From the NCBI GenBank assembly GCA_963707365.1, contig CAVPPI010000004.1:981469-1045468 (forward strand): DNA of 64,000 nt. The letters run 5' to 3'. Source of the DNA: an uncultured candidate division Zixibacteria bacterium. Lineage in GTDB: Bacteria > Zixibacteria > MSB-5A5 > GN15 > FEB-12. A model generated the notes under the pieces. The model had not been told where the DNA came from, ran no database searches, and was given only the letters and a program-made list of their open reading frames with translations. Of this stretch, positions 59,483 to 64,000 are shown one piece after another; within the stretch, counting starts at the first letter, position 1, and the number at the start of each line of letters is the position of its first letter. A program made the translations under genes and the position numbers.

Positions 59483-59510
59483 AAAATAACAAATTTTGTC
59501 CTGTTGTCAA
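59483..59510 (-). promoter_or_regulatory. candidate sigma70-type promoter of the nine-gene cytochrome operon
   Basis: Read on the minus strand: TTGACA (59510-59505), a 16-nt spacer, then TATTTT (59488-59483). A second TTGACA lies 20 nt further upstream. The element is ~45 nt upstream of the ATG at 59436. Confidence 0.35.
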
Positions 59511-59676
59511 CTTTTTCTTGATATTGTCAAAGATAAACTCCGTCCAATATGACCGACCTAAACGCCTGATACGACACTACTTAATAGCGCAGGCACGGTC
59601 CTATATTGCTAAGCGGAGCAGTCAGTGATTTCGGAGGAATCGGCAAAATACCGGAAATCTTGGGCCACAAAGCCAC

Positions 59677-61435
59677 TCACAGCATGAGCTGTCTGCTGGC
59701 CAGTTCCCGGTACAAAGTGGATGACTTCAGCAGGCCGTCGTGGGTCCCCTGGTCGACAATGCGCCCCTTATTCATCACCACAATCCGGTCAGCATGGCGG
59801 ACAGTGGCCAAACGATGCGCCACGATAATGGCCGTCTTTTCCTTGAGCAACTGGCTCAGCGCCTGCTGAATAAGCTCTTCAGATTTTGAGTCGAGAGATG
59901 AAGTAGCCTCGTCGAGCAAAATAACCGGCGGGTCTTTAAGCACGGCGCGGGCCAGACACAAGCGTTGTTTCTCGCCGCCTGAGACCGTGACACCCCTCTC
60001 GCCTATCTCTGTGTCATAGCCGTTCTTCTGACTAATGATGAAGTCATGGATATTCGCTATCCGCGCCGCCTTTTCTACAACATCCATTGCTGCCCCGGGG
60101 TCGGCATAAGCGATATTATCCCGGATTGACATCTTAAAAAGCAACGGATCCTGATCCACCAGACTCATCAAGCCGCGAAGGGCTTTGAGATCAATCTGCC
60201 TCAGGTCAACACCGTCGAGCGACACCGAACCGGAATCCGGGTCGAAAAAGCGCATAATCAGATTGATCAGTGTCGTCTTCCCTGCGCCCGACGGTCCCAC
60301 TATGGCTACGGTTTCGCCGGGATTGATGTCGAGCGACAGATTCTCGATACCAAAGTCGGAGTCGTGGTGACGATAATTAACATTGCTCAGTCTGATAGCA
60401 CCGCGCACATCCCGAAGCGCCACCGGCTGAGAAGCTTGTTCTACGGCAGGCGGAAGTTCAAGATACTCAAACACCCGGTTTACCGATGCCATCGCTATCT
60501 GAATATTTACGTTTATCGAAGCAAGGTCCTGCACCGGACCGTATAGATAGGCCAGAAGCATGTAAAATGCCATCAGGGCGCCAAGTTTCATCGTTCCAAC
60601 AGCAATCAGGTAAGTACCCCACGCCAGAACAATAACAGGTCCCAGCATATTGAGAAAGTAAACGAAATTGTTTGCCAGACGAGCTAACGATGGCGCTCTG
60701 TATATACAATCCCCTGAGGCGCACCAGAAGACCGGTCACTTTGTCGGTCTCCGCATCTTCCTGACCAAAAGCCCGAACAGTTCTTAGCCCCCCCAGTGAT
60801 TCCTGCAACCGTCCCTGAAAAGACGCTATTGTCTCCTGTAGCTTTCTGGCAATACCGTGAGCTTTAACGCCAAAGAAATTGGAGAAGACGATTGTCAACG
60901 GCACCGGAGCCAGGGCCACCAGCGTAAGTTTCCAATCCACGAAGAGCAAATAGACCAGGATACCAACCAGAAGGAGGATATTCTGAAGAAACCTGAGCAA
61001 AGTTGAGGCCAGAAGATTCTGGATTCTGGAGGCATCGGAAAGAATACGCGAGATAATTTCGCCCATCTGGTGCTGCTGATAGAAACGAAATGAAACCGTC
61101 TCAAGATGCGCAAACAACTCTATCCGTATGTCATTAATTAGTGACGCTCCGATCCTGGTAGCAAGGTAGTCCTGCGCCAGGGAGAATATGACTCTGAAAA
61201 AGTAAATACCAATCAGGACAATGCCGAAAAGCAGAGCCGGTGTCCAATCGATGCCGTTCGCGGCGGTCTCAACCAGATGCGGAATGAGGTCATCGATCAT
61301 GTACTGCACCGAGGCAGGCAAGGCCAGAGCCAGGGCAGCCAGAATCATCATGACCACAAAGGTTATTAGCTGAAGGTGCCAGTATGGCCTCAGATACCCC
61401 CAGAGACGTCTCCGTACGATTTTATCAGGAAGCAT
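59677..61435 (-). CDS. ABC transporter, fused permease/ATPase (MsbA/exporter type), one apparent frameshift near 60650-60700
   Basis: The N-terminal six-helix TMD is in ORF 60467-61435. The NBD in ORF 59677-60648 has Walker A GPSGAGKTT, signature VSGGEKQRL and Walker B ILLDEATS. Confidence 0.8.
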
Positions 61436-61501
61436 AGCTATCTACCGTCCAAAGGACCCTGCATCTCATTTCTTAGCCACCCTTTAACGCCGTACTATAT
61501 A

Positions 61502-62842
61502 CTATTGGAAGTCTTCCAGCAACCTCAGAGTGAGTTCCGCATCCTGCGGCTCGATACCCTGTTTCTGCTCTATCTGGTACATGCAGTACGGATTGTTCGC
61601 CCTTTCCCCTGTCGCGGAAACCGATGTTGCACGGAGGGGGTTGAACACCAGGATAACCCCCAGGGTAAATAGAATCGGGAAAGCCTTTGACTGGGCCAGT
61701 TCATATCGTCCGAGTATCATGTTGAGCACCAGGCTCACACAGACGTAGGCGCCAACGACAATGCCGGTCACCACAATATACCCGACGGTCCGTTTGATGA
61801 TGGTGTCGGCATCGAACAGATTGTGTTTGACAATGGAATAGGCAATGGATGCGGGAAAGAACAGCACGAAAAAAGAGAGCAGGTTCCAGGGAAAATTGAT
61901 CTTCACGAAAAAGACCAGGGTCATGATGATGACCGGTGGCCCGAAGGAAATGGTAACACCCCAGAAAATCACCCGGGCTCTCTGGCGGGCCTGTATGGTG
62001 GCAGCCTTGAAGCGCGTATGAAAAATCAAGGCAATCATGCCGGCCACGCAGAGCAGGGTACAGACACGGTTGATGGACCCAAGCTCTTTATAGGTGGGAA
62101 ACCAGGACCAGGCGCCGCCGCTGAAGATATCCTGAAAGACGGTAAAATAGATCTGGAAAGCGATAATCAGGATCACGGCCGGTAGATAAATGAGATATTC
62201 GAGGGCGGGGAATTTTTCAAGAATTTGCTTTCTTTCGGGAAAAATCAGAAAAAGATGAAGAAAGTTGAAGGCATAGAGCGTATTGATGGTATAGAAAAAC
62301 GGGACGAGAAAGTAAGAGGTTTGATTCTCCAGTCCGGCCAGAATCATGGTCCCCAGGGTGAAGCACAGGATCAGGAAGGTCCAGCTGGTGGACGTGTTGG
62401 GTTTGAGAATATAGACGATCAAACCCATGACATAGAGGATAAACCCAACCAGAAAGGGAACCAGAAAGACATTGAGAAAATCGCTGATGTCAAATCGAAC
62501 AACCGGGACCACCACTTCGCGGATCTGGCCCTGGGATTCGACCAGGTAGGTGGCCTCGCTCCCCACGGGCTTCTTTCTCACGATATTTACCAGATCGGCG
62601 CCTTTGGTCACCGACTGGCCATCTACCGCAAGGATACGTTCTCGAAACTTAATGCCGGCATGGGGTCCGGGCCAGTCTCTCTGTCCGGAAGCGGAAACAA
62701 AGGTGTCTTTGTAGACGAGGAACCCTGCAAAGGGTTTGTTGAACCATGAGAGTGCCGAAACCCAGGTGACGACACAGATCAACAGCATGAAACCTGTCAG
62801 CGTGAAAAAGAGTATTGTGGGCAGCCTGCCACGCTCGTACAT
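61502..62842 (-). CDS. PDZ-domain-containing polytopic membrane protein (sensor-like input module, no output domain)
   Basis: An N-terminal TM is followed by a PDZ-like segment (ILAVDGQSVTKGADLVNIVRKKPVGSEATYLV) and ~8 hydrophobic helices. The ORF ends shortly after an FNPLR motif that normally precedes a cytoplasmic output domain. Confidence 0.45.
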   Translation of the reverse strand: MYERGRLPTILFFTLTGFMLLICVVTWVSALSWFNKPFAGFLVYKDTFVSASGQRDWPGPHAGIKFRERILAVDGQSVTKGADLVNIVRKKPVGSEATYLVESQGQIREVVVPVVRFDISDFLNVFLVPFLVGFILYVMGLIVYILKPNTSTSWTFLILCFTLGTMILAGLENQTSYFLVPFFYTINTLYAFNFLHLFLIFPERKQILEKFPALEYLIYLPAVILIIAFQIYFTVFQDIFSGGAWSWFPTYKELGSINRVCTLLCVAGMIALIFHTRFKAATIQARQRARVIFWGVTISFGPPVIIMTLVFFVKINFPWNLLSFFVLFFPASIAYSIVKHNLFDADTIIKRTVGYIVVTGIVVGAYVCVSLVLNMILGRYELAQSKAFPILFTLGVILVFNPLRATSVSATGERANNPYCMYQIEQKQGIEPQDAELTLRLLEDFQ

Positions 62843-63108
62843 CTCATCTCCAGGAAAATCATAAGTTTAGTTGAATCGGATCTGGCGAAATATCTTAATA
62901 CCTTGCTCCGGCAAGTACAAGCAATTTGTACCGTTTTATAACGTCTGAGATATACAATAGAGCCCAAAGAATAGAGCCTTATACCGCTTGTCATAATAAC
63001 GTTCCGAAAATAGGATGGCGGCATAAGGGGTTGTAGCAGAAAAACGATCCTCAATCGGAACGTTTTTCTGACAATCCCTATAACCGCAAAAATACTTTCT
63101 TAGAAAGC

Positions 63109-63140
63109 AAAATTACCGGGCACGCGTGACCGGTAATTTT
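63109..63140. terminator. strong hairpin, possible bidirectional terminator
   Basis: An 11-bp stem aaaattaccgg/ccggtaatttt encloses the loop gcacgcgtga, whose core cacgcgtg is itself palindromic. T-rich tracts flank it on both strands. Confidence 0.35.
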
Positions 63141-63362
63141 GTGATGAATCATGTGAATGAAAAAGGAGGCTATGGATTCTCAAGGTATTTCATCTGGTAA
63201 GGCCCCGATTCTGACTGGGAAGTGGTTTTAAATCCACTCATAACAAAAACATCCTATACACTCCACAAATCAAAAAGCACAGTTGTTTTCAGACTACCCT
63301 ACCCTATATGCAGCCCGTATGAACGCTGTGTTGCAAGCATAACTATTCGCTTGTTAAGCGAA

Positions 63363-63803
63363 TTAAGGGCATTCAGTTATATCTTTATGTGCTTCATCGT
63401 CAGGCACAATAAACTGGATCTGTGCATCAAACGACCATAACATGCCGGTAGTTGGATCTGGGTCTCTTTTAAAATTTTTTATTTTCGTAATAATGGCTTC
63501 ACAACTGAATTCAAAAATTGTACCTGCATCAAAACGCGTGTAAAGAATTTCATCCTGATTACATGCCGTAAGTGAAATGGAGACAGCTTGTGTATCAACG
63601 ACGCATCCTTCGATCTTCTTAATTCTAGTCGTTGCCCAGTCACTACTGCAGTCCATAACGACTGCCGCCCACATGGTTGGTCCTATGATTTTTTCCTGTA
63701 TAACCGCGCCCGGCGGTTCTGCTGCAAACAATATTGTAGCAGAACTCACAATGGCTGCTATCATGAAGAACACCCAAATAAATAGTAATTTCCCGACTTT
63801 CAT
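63363..63803 (-). CDS. small secreted Cys-containing hypothetical protein in an AT-rich segment
   Basis: The 146-aa ORF has the leader MKVGKLLFIWVFFMIAAIVSSATILFA. AGGAGG-like aaggaggt sits upstream on the minus strand. I recognise no family. Confidence 0.45.
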   Translation of the reverse strand: MKVGKLLFIWVFFMIAAIVSSATILFAAEPPGAVIQEKIIGPTMWAAVVMDCSSDWATTRIKKIEGCVVDTQAVSISLTACNQDEILYTRFDAGTIFEFSCEAIITKIKNFKRDPDPTTGMLWSFDAQIQFIVPDDEAHKDITECP

Positions 63804-64000
63804 AACTGTACCTCCTTTGCGTTAACGATAATATATGAATGTTATCAATTACTCCTGTTGATCTCTATTTAAATTTTTTTTGAGCAAAATTCCCGTTAAA
63901 AGCTTACAGTGACAGGATCTGAACAGGTGGATGTACCCTGATCACAAACCTTATATTCGAAATCACCCTTCACCCACCATCCCAGATAGTCTGTGTAAAT

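Noticed and set aside
1-64000. rRNA and tRNA genes, transposases/integrases, prophage, toxin-antitoxin or restriction-type defence loci.
   Set aside because: None of the ORF translations show the corresponding hallmark motifs. No cloverleaf-like or rRNA-like segment was seen in the intergenic regions I read. Their absence is by inspection only, not by tRNAscan or Infernal.

Overview
This 64-kb, gene-dense fragment reads like a contig from an uncultivated diderm bacterium. I found no rRNA or tRNA, so I make no taxonomic call.

Left part (1-11.3 kb): aromatic amino-acid catabolism. It holds an HPPD tail, homogentisate 1,2-dioxygenase, a HisC-type aminotransferase, a FAH-family hydrolase, acetoacetyl-CoA synthetase and a long phenylalanine-hydroxylase-type enzyme. 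Next to these is a tetrahydrobiopterin-type pterin operon: folE, a three-module PTPS fusion and an SDR.

Middle (11.5-42.2 kb): a mixed set.
- RtcB/archease RNA repair, an HDAC-like enzyme, SixA and an MFS transporter.
- A Tat-signal DUF362 protein with a polyferredoxin, and a spermidine-synthase-like membrane protein.
- An AmmeMemoRadiSam set whose members carry export signals.
- A decayed low-GC LRR gene and an imuA-imuB-dnaE2 mutagenesis cassette.
- Two PEP/pyruvate-binding-domain proteins and glutamate dehydrogenase.
- Intergenic spaces between 26.7 and 31.7 kb are packed with recurring GTAG-headed palindromes (REP/BIME-like).

Right part (42.6-59.5 kb), the stand-out: a ~17-kb multiheme-cytochrome island. 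It has 79 canonical CxxCH motifs in seven proteins (5, 1, 7, 6, 12, 6 and 42). These include two OmcS-like hexahemes and a Cyc2-like fused monoheme cytochrome-porin. The island also holds a second large beta-barrel, two lipoproteins and two NHL propellers. I read it as a candidate extracellular-electron-transfer / cytochrome-nanowire system.

About 14 single apparent frameshifts across 11 genes split ORFs, some at homopolymer runs. This looks more like assembly indel error than gene decay.
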